This document shows, in pieces, positions 8,345-16,266 of a stretch of DNA of 17,497 nt. Position numbers and translations under genes: made by a program. The notes under the pieces are model-generated. The model had not been told where the DNA came from and searched no databases. It was given only the letters and a program-made list of their open reading frames with translations. How positions within the stretch are numbered: position 1 is the first letter of the stretch; every line of letters starts with the position of its first letter. The stretch comes from Candidatus Sericytochromatia bacterium (GTDB lineage: Bacteria; Cyanobacteriota; Sericytochromatia; S15B-MN24; VGJW01). The stretch lies in NCBI GenBank assembly GCA_035285865.1, contig JAYKHS010000009.1:1-17497 (forward strand), given 5' to 3'.

Positions 8345-8989
8345 TCAGTGACGGGTGCTGCGCCGGGCTACCCGGCAGCGCTCGGCGGTGATGATGGCAT
8401 CGAGGGTTTCTGCGGCCCGCTCCAGGTCGTCATTGACCACCTGGTAATCGTACATGGGCAGGAAGTTGATCTCGTCCATGGCGACGGAGAGCCTTTGGCG
8501 GATGGCTTCGATGGCCTCGGTCTGCCGCTTCAGCAGGCGATGTTCGAGGGCCTCCATCGTGGGGGGCAGCAGGAAGACGAAGACGGCGGTCGGCCAGCGT
8601 TCCTTGACCTGCATGGCCCCTTTGACATCGATCTCGAGGATGACGTCTTCACCCGCCGAGAGGCGCTCTTCGACGAAGGCCCGCGGTGTGCCGTAGCACA
8701 GGCCCGTCACGTAGGTGGCGTACTCGAGTAGCGCGCCATCCTCGACCATCCGGCCGAACTCGTCCGTCGAGCGGAAGAAGTAGTGGACGCCATCGACTTC
8801 GCCCGGGCGGGGGCTGCGGGTGGTGACGCTGACCGAGGCCACCAGGCGCGGGTCGCGGCTGGTCAGCTTGCGGACCAGCGTGCCCTTGCCGACACCGGAC
8901 GGGCCGGACAGCACGACCAGCATGCCCTCGCGCCGACGCGCGGTCGCCCGGGCCAGAGGCCCGGTGCCGCCGGCGGGGTTAGTCTGCAC
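8345..8989 (-). CDS. gmk: Guanylate kinase
   Basis: [63 protein letters not shown]. Start uncertain: GTG 8989 chosen, GTG 9001 and ATG 8923 are alternatives. Confidence 0.96.
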   Translation of the reverse strand: MQTNPAGGTGPLARATARRREGMLVVLSGPSGVGKGTLVRKLTSRDPRLVASVSVTTRSPRPGEVDGVHYFFRSTDEFGRMVEDGALLEYATYVTGLCYGTPRAFVEERLSAGEDVILEIDVKGAMQVKERWPTAVFVFLLPPTMEALEHRLLKRQTEAIEAIRQRLSVAMDEINFLPMYDYQVVNDDLERAAETLDAIITAERCRVARRSTRH

Positions 8990-9263
8990 TGTGGCTTCCA
9001 CTGTCGGGGGCGTCCTTCTGGGAGAATCGGTGGACGATGGTCTCCGGCTGGATCGCCGAGAGGATGACCCGCTCCGTGTCGGTGACGAGAACCGCGCGCG
9101 TCCGGCGGCCACACGTGGCATCGACCAGACGGGACGCGTCCCGTGCCTCCTGGACGAAGCGCCGGATCGGTGCGGATTCGGGACTGACGATGGCCACCAC
9201 GCGTTGGGCGGACACGAAGTTCCCGAAACCGATGTTGATCAGGCGAAGATCCAAGGGGCACAT
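8979..9263 (-). CDS. remA: DUF370 / RemA (YlzA) family regulator
   Basis: [28 protein letters not shown]...[17 protein letters not shown]...[10 protein letters not shown] is the RemA family signature, located directly upstream of gmk. The start could be TTG 9254. Confidence 0.95.
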   Translation of the reverse strand: MCPLDLRLINIGFGNFVSAQRVVAIVSPESAPIRRFVQEARDASRLVDATCGRRTRAVLVTDTERVILSAIQPETIVHRFSQKDAPDSGSHSAD

Positions 9264-9281
9264 CCCGGAAAAGGGTTGTCC

Positions 9282-9310
9282 AGCATAGCAGGAGCGGCCC
9301 TTTTGGACAA
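9282..9310 (-). promoter_or_regulatory. sigma70-type promoter of the remA-gmk-rpoZ-coaBC-priA run
   Basis: Minus strand TTGTCC (9310-9305), 17-nt spacer ending in TGc, TATGCT (9287-9282), i.e. an extended -10. Confidence 0.7.
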
Positions 9311-9391
9311 GATGGGGATTGCCTTAAATCTCCATCATGAATAGCCCTCGTGGGGGAGGCGAGGGCATGGTCCATGCAGGAGGCATCTGTC

Positions 9392-11308
9392 ATGTCCCTC
9401 GTTCCCCAGGCCAGCCCCAGCGGCCTTCCGGTCCGCACGGCCAGTCCGACGCAGGCGTTGGACCCCGGGGTGGTGAAGGATTGGTCCACGGCCCGTGCAA
9501 ACACGGCGCCATTCGATGAGGGCGCCGTGGCCCGGCTCAAGGAACGCCTTGCTGCCGTCGGCCTCCTCGACATCGTTCGGCAGTCGGGCATGTTCGACAA
9601 GCTCAAACCGGACACCACCGCCGAGCAGGTCAAGGAGATGCTTGTGCCGCTTCTGGCCAGGTTGGGGGCAGGCAACATCCTGACGCCCGAGGAGCTGCTG
9701 GCCAACCGTACCCGCACCTCCGAACTGACGCTCGAGACCGCGGACCAGCCCAGGACAGGGTACCGGGCTGCCGTGGAGCCTTCCACGCCCGCCTTCGACG
9801 ATGCGCCCGCCGGCAGCGTGTCGCTGCCCTCGTTCGATGCGCCCGGACTGCCTCGTCCGCTGCCTACCCCCTCCCCTTCGCCACGACAGGAATCGGGCGG
9901 TGGCAGGGCGCCAGCAAACGCACCTCCGCCGAGCTTCGTCCCCTTCGCCGGAGGGATCGGGGAATGGGGCGGCCTCGCCTCTGCCCCGACGGTCGCTCCC
10001 GTCCGGGACGAGGGCTTCGGAGTGCCCTCGATCGGCGGCGGTAAACCGCCTGCGGCCGGGCCTTCCGCAGGAGAGCCCGTGGTGGGCAAGCCCCCCGCTG
10101 GCACACCTGCGGCTAGCAATCCGCCCCCCCCTGCCGACGCGCCAGCGGACCTCGGTGCGCGTCTGGCTCGTCTCTCTGCCTTGCTTGATGCGCCGGGTCG
10201 CGCCGCCCTGCAGCGGTTGCAGGCCGCCGGCCGTCTGGCTGAAGTGGACACTTCGGGGCGCACGGTGCTCGACAATCTCGAGGCCTTGGCGAAGGGGCCG
10301 CTCTCCGAGCAGGCGACCAAACTGGGTTACTCGGCTGCGTCCGTCGTCCGGGAAGTCGTGATGGACATCGACGACCCGACCCAGATTCGTCAGGACGGAA
10401 CGTCGGACTGCGTCCTGACCAACCTGCGCGTCATCATGTCCAGGGATAACCCCGGACAGTACGCGGCCTTCGCACGGGACCTGTACCTGAACGGCGCCGC
10501 AGAGGTGGCCGAGGGGGCCACCGTCAAACTGCAGCAGGCACTCCAGCCGTTCGATCTCGGGGGCAACTTCGGCAAGTCCTTCTACAAGGACGGCCAGCTC
10601 ATGTTCGACGTCAATGCCGGCGCCGGGAACCAAGGCGTGTTCACCGTCGAGCAGATCCTCGACAAGTTCCTGAACAGCGCGCACGCATCCGGCGAACCGT
10701 GGATCGACAGGCTCCTGAAGAGCAACCCGGCCTTCGACAATGCGTTCGTGCGCGGCCTGCTCGACACGGCCAAGGGCATGTGGAACCGTGGCGAGCGGGC
10801 GGCCGTCATCGAGTTTGCCAAGCCCTACCTCTCCCTGTTCGTGGACTTCAAGGCCGGCAGCGACGGCGAAGCAGCCTCATATCTCGTGGACAACATGGCC
10901 ACCGCCCTTTCCGGGGGAGCACAGGCGGTCGATGCCGTGCCCGCAGGCTTGCCCCTCTCCAAGGTCGGAGCTTACCTGCCCGGCCTCAAGGCATTCGGGC
11001 CGGCACCCTCGATGAACGAGATCATCAAGGTCGGGGCGATGAAGGGTCTCCAGATTCCGGTTGCCGTGCGGGCCGACAACGGCAACGTCCTGCATCTCGC
11101 GACGGTGGTCGGGCGCACCCAGGAAGGGGCCTACATGGTCTACGACCCCAAGGGTGGCCTGCAGGTCTTCGACGAGGGCGAATTGATGAACCGCATCGAG
11201 GCCGTCTATCTGTCCGACAGGCTGACGCACAACCTGCCTCCCATCTCGTCGACGGACGGCCGTCCTGTGGGCGGTGGCGTCTTCCGGCCCCAGCGTCGGC
11301 GCGCCTGA
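9392..11308 (+). CDS. Hypothetical protein: helical N-domain, Pro-rich linker, possible papain-like (C39-like) cysteine peptidase domain
   Basis: Long ORF with GC-rich third positions. AGGAGG lies 8 nt before ATG 9392 (638 aa). Motifs DPTQIRQDGTSDC and HLATVVG...YMVYDP.GG. The gene call is solid; the function is inferred. Confidence 0.75.
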   Translation: MSLVPQASPSGLPVRTASPTQALDPGVVKDWSTARANTAPFDEGAVARLKERLAAVGLLDIVRQSGMFDKLKPDTTAEQVKEMLVPLLARLGAGNILTPEELLANRTRTSELTLETADQPRTGYRAAVEPSTPAFDDAPAGSVSLPSFDAPGLPRPLPTPSPSPRQESGGGRAPANAPPPSFVPFAGGIGEWGGLASAPTVAPVRDEGFGVPSIGGGKPPAAGPSAGEPVVGKPPAGTPAASNPPPPADAPADLGARLARLSALLDAPGRAALQRLQAAGRLAEVDTSGRTVLDNLEALAKGPLSEQATKLGYSAASVVREVVMDIDDPTQIRQDGTSDCVLTNLRVIMSRDNPGQYAAFARDLYLNGAAEVAEGATVKLQQALQPFDLGGNFGKSFYKDGQLMFDVNAGAGNQGVFTVEQILDKFLNSAHASGEPWIDRLLKSNPAFDNAFVRGLLDTAKGMWNRGERAAVIEFAKPYLSLFVDFKAGSDGEAASYLVDNMATALSGGAQAVDAVPAGLPLSKVGAYLPGLKAFGPAPSMNEIIKVGAMKGLQIPVAVRADNGNVLHLATVVGRTQEGAYMVYDPKGGLQVFDEGELMNRIEAVYLSDRLTHNLPPISSTDGRPVGGGVFRPQRRRA

Positions 11309-11369
11309 GGTCCATCCCGCCGGAGCGGTGTAGCATGGACCTTGTCCGTGTCCAGCCCCGGAGGTATCC

Positions 11370-12173
11370 GTGTCGCGTCCTGTCCGTGCTCCCGATCTGA
11401 TCCGCCTGAAGCGGGAAGGTCAGCGTGTCGTGGCCGTCACCGCCTACGATTACGCCTCGGGCGTGATGGTGGATCGGGCCGGTGTGGACGTGGTGCTGGT
11501 GGGGGACAGCCTGGCAACCGTCATCCTCGGGCATCCGACCACCCTGCCGGCCACCATGGACGTGATGGTGCACCATACCCGTGCCGTCTCCCGCGGGGTC
11601 CAGCGAGCCCTCGTCGTGGGCGACCTGCCCTTTCTGTCCTGTGTCACGGTCGAAGATGCGGTGCGTAACGGCGGGCGCCTGATGCAGGAAGGTGGCGCCG
11701 GTGCCGTGAAACTCGAGGGGGCAGGCGAACTGGCCCTTGCTGCCGTCCGTGCCCTGCGCGTCCAGGGCATTCCGGTACTCGGGCACATCGGCTTCACGCC
11801 CCAGAGCGTCCACGTATTCGGGGGGCACAAGGTGCAGGGCAAGGACGACGAGGCGGCCCGCCGACTTCTGAAGGAGGCGCGTGCTCTGCAGGAAGCCGGC
11901 GTTTCCGCGGTCGTGCTCGAATTGGTCCCGGAGGCGCTGGCGGCCCACATCAGCCTCAACCTCGACATCCCCACCATCGGCATCGGAGCTGGCCCCGGTT
12001 GTGACGGTCAGATCCAGGTTTTCCACGATCTCGTGGGCCTCTTCACGGATCATGTGCCGCGCCATGCGGCGCGCTACGCCCGGGTCGGCGACGTCGTGGG
12101 GGAAGCGGTCGGTCGCTATGCTGCCGATGTTCGCGCGGGGCGTTTCCTCGCGCCCGAGGGAGTGCACGCGTGA
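11370..12173 (+). CDS. panB: 3-methyl-2-oxobutanoate hydroxymethyltransferase
   Basis: TAYDY, LVGDSL, HTRAVSRG, VGDLPFLS, AVKLEG, GHIGFTPQSV, PTIGIGAG..CDGQIQV.HD. GGAGG RBS before GTG. Confidence 0.98.
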   Translation: MSRPVRAPDLIRLKREGQRVVAVTAYDYASGVMVDRAGVDVVLVGDSLATVILGHPTTLPATMDVMVHHTRAVSRGVQRALVVGDLPFLSCVTVEDAVRNGGRLMQEGGAGAVKLEGAGELALAAVRALRVQGIPVLGHIGFTPQSVHVFGGHKVQGKDDEAARRLLKEARALQEAGVSAVVLELVPEALAAHISLNLDIPTIGIGAGPGCDGQIQVFHDLVGLFTDHVPRHAARYARVGDVVGEAVGRYAADVRAGRFLAPEGVHA

Positions 12174-13504
12174 TGGGCAAGGTCTTCGTCAAGAGCTTCG
12201 GCTGCCAGATGAACCTTTCGGATGCCGAGCGCGTCGTCGGCCTGATGGGCGAGCAGGGCTACGGGCCGACCGAGGCCATCCGTGATGCGGACGTGCTGCT
12301 GGTCAACACCTGCGCCATTCGCGAGCGGTCCGAGGACAAGCTCTTCTCGCTGCTGGGCGAGTGGCGGCAACTCAAACGTGAGCGCCCCGACATGGTCATC
12401 GCGGTCATGGGCTGCGTGGCCCAAGCCATGAAGGACGAGATTCGGCGCCGCAATCCGGCCGTCGACGTCGTGGTGGGCACGCACAATTTCCATGAACTGC
12501 CTGATCTGGTGGCCGAGGTCCGGCGGACGCGACAGCCCATCACCCGTATCGGCCGTCTGCGCGACGCCATCCCCGACGACCTGCCGACGCGGCGCGAGGG
12601 CGGCTTGCACGCGTGGGTGCCCGTCATCTACGGATGTTCCTACTTCTGCACCTATTGCATCGTGCCGTACACGCGCGGTCCCTATCAGAGCCGCGAGCCG
12701 GACGCCATCGTGCGCGAGGTCGAAGGTCTGGTGGCCGAGGGTTACAGGGAGATCACGCTGCTGGGCCAGACGGTCGATCGTTACGGGCGGGAACTTCCCG
12801 AGCCGACATCACTGGCCGCCCTGATTCGGCGGTTGCATGCGATCGAGGGCCTCTGGCGCATCCGCTTCCTGACCAGTCACCCGCTGGATCTCGACGAGGA
12901 GTTGGTGCGCACCGTCGCCGAGTTGCCCAAGGTGATGGAGTACTTCCACGTGCCCATCCAGGCCGGCAGTGATCGCGTGCTGGCCGAGATGAAGCGTGGC
13001 TACACGGTCGCGCAGTACCTCGAGATGGTCGCGATGATCCGCCGCCATGTTCCGGATGCCGCCATCACGGGCGACCTCATCGTGGGGTTTCCCGGCGAGA
13101 CCGACGAGGACTTCGAGGGCACCCTGGCCCTCCTCGATCAGGTGGACTTCGACCTCAACAACACGGCGGCCTACTCGCCACGTCCGTGGACACCCGCAGC
13201 CAAGCGGGAGGACCAGATCGAGGACGTGGTGAAGTCCGAGCGCCTGCAGCGCCTCAACGAGAAGGTGGCCGAGGGTTCCTTCCGCAATACGCGCAGGCTG
13301 GTCGGGACGGTGCAGGAAGTCCTGGTCGAGGGACCTTCGAGCCGGGATGCCGCGGTCCTGACGGGCAGGACACGGGGCAACCGCGAATGCTACTTCCCCG
13401 GCGGTCCCGAGTGGATTGGCCGCATCGTGCAGGTGCGCATCACGGACGCGCGGCCCTTCACCTTGCGCGGTGAGTTGCTCGTCACGGCCGGCACCCCGGT
13501 CTGA
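12170..13504 (+). CDS. miaB: tRNA-2-methylthio-N6-dimethylallyladenosine synthase
   Basis: FGCQMN.SD.E, NTCAIRE, GCVAQ, radical SAM CSYFCTYCIVPYTRG, RIRFLTSHP, DLIVGFPGET, YSPRP.TPAA, C-terminal TRAM domain. GTGATG overlaps the panB stop, so the start is 12170 or 12173. Confidence 0.97.
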   Translation: MMGKVFVKSFGCQMNLSDAERVVGLMGEQGYGPTEAIRDADVLLVNTCAIRERSEDKLFSLLGEWRQLKRERPDMVIAVMGCVAQAMKDEIRRRNPAVDVVVGTHNFHELPDLVAEVRRTRQPITRIGRLRDAIPDDLPTRREGGLHAWVPVIYGCSYFCTYCIVPYTRGPYQSREPDAIVREVEGLVAEGYREITLLGQTVDRYGRELPEPTSLAALIRRLHAIEGLWRIRFLTSHPLDLDEELVRTVAELPKVMEYFHVPIQAGSDRVLAEMKRGYTVAQYLEMVAMIRRHVPDAAITGDLIVGFPGETDEDFEGTLALLDQVDFDLNNTAAYSPRPWTPAAKREDQIEDVVKSERLQRLNEKVAEGSFRNTRRLVGTVQEVLVEGPSSRDAAVLTGRTRGNRECYFPGGPEWIGRIVQVRITDARPFTLRGELLVTAGTPV

Positions 13505-13519
13505 CCGCTCCCGGTCGCG

Positions 13520-14584
13520 TCAGCGAACGGGCAGCCGGTCCAGTTCCTCCGCCTTGGAGCGGATGGCGGCACGGGCCTCGGGCAGGTCGGACTGGCTCTT
13601 GACCGGGATGAAGCGGCTTTCGCGCCGTACCTCGATCAGGCCCAGGTCCAGCACGCAGGACAGATCGCCGGCAAGACGTTCGAACTGCAGTACCGGATGG
13701 CCGTCGAGGTTCTTCTCGACGATGTACCACGGCAGTTCCAGATCTTGGTCGAGGGCCGTGGCGTCGAACATGTAGGTCGCGGTGTTGAAGTGCGTCAGGC
13801 TGCCGTGGTCGAAACCCTCGGGCAAGGCGAAGCCCTCCACCAGCTGCAGACGGCCAGACACCCGCGCCGGGGCGCCACCCTTGTCGCCGGCAGCCTTGCG
13901 GGCCACTTCGGCCGTCATGGTCTTGCCCGACTTCAGGTGCATGCCGATGAGCAGCGGGTCGGGCGTCGCGCCCAGGTTGTCCACGTTGGAGAACAGCAGG
14001 GTGCGGCCCCCGTTGGCGAGGAAGGCATCCAGCAGCCCTGAGGACCGGAACATGGGGCCGAAGTCCCCGTGGCCGGGTGCCGCTTCCGCATCGTGGCCCG
14101 GCAGCCCGGCAAAGGGCGATCCGTCCGGATCCAGCCGGGGCATGCGGCCTTGGCGGAAGAGGTGGACCTGGTCCGGTTCGAGGCCGAACCACCCGTTCTC
14201 CTCGAGGTGCGCAGCGATCGCATCGTGGGTGTGGAAGCTGGTCATGATGTAGCAGGGCGCGCCGTCGCCCATCTGGTCGTGGGCCCACATGAGCTTCCAG
14301 CCGAGGAAGCTGATGCCCTCGTGGATGGGGAAGAGCGCCTTGGGGTGGTCCCACTGGAAACGGGTCGCCATGCCTCCGGCCAAGACGACGAGGCCGACAC
14401 GGCCCTCGTCCAGTTCCTGCCGGCCGATGGATTCGAGCAGGCGCCAGGAGTCCGTGCCTTCCGCCGGCACGACGGCGAAATCATCCGGATAGGGCGGAGA
14501 CACCTCTGCGGTCAGTCGGTTGCCGACAGGGGTGAGCGTACCGTCGAGATAGCGGTCGCGCAGGGCGCGGAACAACGAGTCCAT
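13520..14584 (-). CDS. UDPGP-family (eukaryote-like UGPase/UAP/USP) sugar-1-phosphate uridylyltransferase
   Basis: VVLAGGMATRF....PK, IMTSFHTH, LFRQGRMPRL, APGHGDF, FSNVDNLGA, DKGG, QLVE, FNTAT, QFE, RFIPVK. Start moved to ATG 14584 (354 aa) because the longer ORF overlaps the speD-like gene and its terminator. Confidence 0.9.
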   Translation of the reverse strand: MDSLFRALRDRYLDGTLTPVGNRLTAEVSPPYPDDFAVVPAEGTDSWRLLESIGRQELDEGRVGLVVLAGGMATRFQWDHPKALFPIHEGISFLGWKLMWAHDQMGDGAPCYIMTSFHTHDAIAAHLEENGWFGLEPDQVHLFRQGRMPRLDPDGSPFAGLPGHDAEAAPGHGDFGPMFRSSGLLDAFLANGGRTLLFSNVDNLGATPDPLLIGMHLKSGKTMTAEVARKAAGDKGGAPARVSGRLQLVEGFALPEGFDHGSLTHFNTATYMFDATALDQDLELPWYIVEKNLDGHPVLQFERLAGDLSCVLDLGLIEVRRESRFIPVKSQSDLPEARAAIRSKAEELDRLPVR

Positions 14585-14600
14585 CAGGCCATGATACGCC

Positions 14601-14635
14601 AAAAGAAGGCGAGGGCCGGCACACGGCCGGCCCTC
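14601..14635 (-). terminator. Rho-independent terminator after the speD-like gene
   Basis: Perfect 10-bp stem GAGGGCCGGC-CGTGT-GCCGGCCCTC followed on the minus strand by GCCTTCTTTT. Confidence 0.75.
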
Positions 14636-14651
14636 AGGTGGCTGGAACCAG

Positions 14652-15080
14652 TCAGGTGGCGGGCACCTTGAGGCGACCGCGTTCCTCCTGGACGATGCGC
14701 AGGGCGCGGCCGGGGCTGCGGGGAAATTCCCGTCCACGGCTCACGAGCTGCTTCTCGAACCGCTCCGCCTTGAACTCACGGACGATGTAGTCCGTCGCGT
14801 AGTCCACGTCGAAGTCCCGGCACGAGAAGATGTCGACGCTGATGTAGCCCTTGTCCGGGAACGTGTGGATGCTGATGTGGCTTTCCGCAATCAGCACCAC
14901 GCCGGAAACGCCCCAGTCATCGGGCACTTCACCCGAATACTTGAAGACGTAGGGCGGCATGATGCGCGTCATGTCGATGGCCGCGGGCAGTTCCTCGAGG
15001 ATTGAAGCCACGAGGCCCACGTCTTCGAGCTTGGCGCGATCGCAACCGTAGGCATCCAGCATGAGATGGGGACCGAACAC
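14652..15080 (-). CDS. speD: Pyruvoyl-dependent S-adenosylmethionine decarboxylase proenzyme (class 1B SpeD family)
   Basis: GPHLMLDAYGC, GVSGVVLIAE|SHISIHTFP (self-cleavage site), VDIFSC. Strong SD AAGGAGGTGA before GTG 15080 (142 aa). Confidence 0.9.
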   Translation of the reverse strand: MFGPHLMLDAYGCDRAKLEDVGLVASILEELPAAIDMTRIMPPYVFKYSGEVPDDWGVSGVVLIAESHISIHTFPDKGYISVDIFSCRDFDVDYATDYIVREFKAERFEKQLVSRGREFPRSPGRALRIVQEERGRLKVPAT

Positions 15081-15120
15081 CGAATCACCTCCTTCCAATC
15101 ACGAGATTCAGGGAGTAGCG

Positions 15121-15148
15121 ATTATACGAAGTCTGGCCGGGTTTTCAA
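15121..15148 (-). promoter_or_regulatory. Strong sigma70-type promoter for the speD-like gene
   Basis: Minus strand TTGAAA (15148-15143), 16-nt spacer, TATAAT (15126-15121). An A-tract upstream (about 15161-15171) could act as an UP element. Confidence 0.75.
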
Positions 15149-15320
15149 GAACCACGGCAATTTGTTTTTTTCGGGCTGTAGTCCGCGTGCCCACTGCATT
15201 TGGGTGGAATCAGACCGGCATGGTGTTCCAGTGTCCGATCTCGCGATTGCGCGAAAATGCTGCGTTTTGCGCAGGTTTTCGACGTTCTTTAATAATTCCG
15301 AAATGATTCCGAAACAAGTG

Positions 15321-16226
15321 CTACGAATTGTGACGCGCCCCGGCCAGCAGGCGACGCGTTTCCCGGAATCCGTGGGGTGCCAGAAGCCCGGGAAGCAAGT
15401 GCTGAGCGGCATGAGGGTGGCGCGCGAACCATCGTTGCAGCCACGGCCATGCAGCATCCGGCCAGCGGTCTCCGCCCGTCAGCAGCCATTCGAGCGCCCG
15501 ATGCAGGGGCGTCATGCCGGTCATCAGCCGCACTTCCCATGTGGGCCGGCGCGCCAGAAAGACTGCGGCCATCCGGCCCCGTTGGGCCTCGGTCTCGATC
15601 CAGCGCGGCAGGTCCTCCGGCTTGTAGGCCGGATGCACGTGAAAGCCGATGGCCTCCGGCGCGCGGACCATGCGGACTCCTGCGTCGCGCAGTCTCAGGC
15701 CCAGCTCGAGATCTTCCCACCCGTATTCCGTGAACGCGGGGTCGAACCCGCCTGCATCCCGCAAGACTCGTGTCGCCACACCGACGTTCTTGGTGTCGAA
15801 GAAAGCCCTGGACGGGTCCCGGACGGACACGCCCGGGTTCCGGGGGGCGACGGGATGAGGCACGTCGACGCTGATGCCCTGGGTGAAGGCTCCCTCTCCG
15901 GCCCGGCGCAGGACGTCGGCATGGCCCCTGATGAAGCCCGGGGTGACGAGCACGTCGCTGTCGACGTAGACCAGCCAGGTGCCGGCGGCCTCGGCGATGC
16001 CGCGGTTTCGTGCCGCCGACCGTCCGGCATTCGGGGCCCAGGAGTGGCGCACGCGGGGGTGGGCCAGCTGGGGCAGGTCCGCCGTGCCGTCGCTGGACCC
16101 GTCGTCGATCACGAGGATCTCATGGTCCGGAGCGCCCTCCTGATCGAGCAGCGCATCCAGGCATCGCGCCAGCATGGCGGCCCTGTTGTAGGTGATGACG
16201 ACGATGGATAATTCGGGTTCGGGCAT
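15321..16226 (-). CDS. Glycosyltransferase family 2
   Basis: LSIVVITYNR, EILVIDDGSSDGT, NAGRSAARNRG, DxD motif YVDSD, GGFDPAFTEYGWEDLELGLRL. Start moved to ATG 16226, just before the first beta strand (301 aa). Confidence 0.93.
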   Translation of the reverse strand: MPEPELSIVVITYNRAAMLARCLDALLDQEGAPDHEILVIDDGSSDGTADLPQLAHPRVRHSWAPNAGRSAARNRGIAEAAGTWLVYVDSDVLVTPGFIRGHADVLRRAGEGAFTQGISVDVPHPVAPRNPGVSVRDPSRAFFDTKNVGVATRVLRDAGGFDPAFTEYGWEDLELGLRLRDAGVRMVRAPEAIGFHVHPAYKPEDLPRWIETEAQRGRMAAVFLARRPTWEVRLMTGMTPLHRALEWLLTGGDRWPDAAWPWLQRWFARHPHAAQHLLPGLLAPHGFRETRRLLAGARHNS

Positions 16227-16237
16227 CGGTCCACGGT

Positions 16238-16266
16238 TTGACGCGAGCGTGGGGGCGTGGTATCGA
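16238..16266 (+). promoter_or_regulatory. Possible promoter for tRNA-Trp-secE-nusG-rplK
   Basis: TTGACG (16238-16243), 17-nt spacer ending in TGg, TATCGA (16261-16266). The last -10 T is missing. An alternative -10-like TATAAG lies at 16326-16331. Confidence 0.45.

Noticed and set aside
9325..9351. TAAA-N15-GCCCTCGT as a sigma28 promoter for the hypothetical gene
   Set aside because: The -10 matches only GCC of GCCGATAA, which is too weak to call.
11308..11342. Inverted repeat AGGTCCAT...ATGGACCT between the hypothetical gene and panB as a terminator
   Set aside because: The loop is large and the U-tract is minimal. It may be an RNA-stability hairpin or overlap a TAGCAT -10, but neither can be supported.
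6919..12173. coaBC and panB proximity as a novel CoA-related cluster including the hypothetical protein
   Set aside because: They are in divergent units, coaBC sits in its usual gmk-rpoZ-priA context, and nothing in the hypothetical protein points to CoA metabolism.
15121..15132. ACTTCGTATAAT on the minus strand, resembling a loxP arm or the XerC half of a dif site
   Set aside because: There is no second arm (no TATACGAAGT or TTATGTTAAAT-like sequence after a 6-8 nt spacer). It is explained by the speD -10 TATAAT.
15127..15320. AT-rich intergenic region as a replication origin or riboswitch
   Set aside because: No DnaA boxes (TTATCCACA-like) were found. The region is upstream of the speD promoter, so it cannot be a cis riboswitch for that transcript, and no known aptamer motif was recognised.
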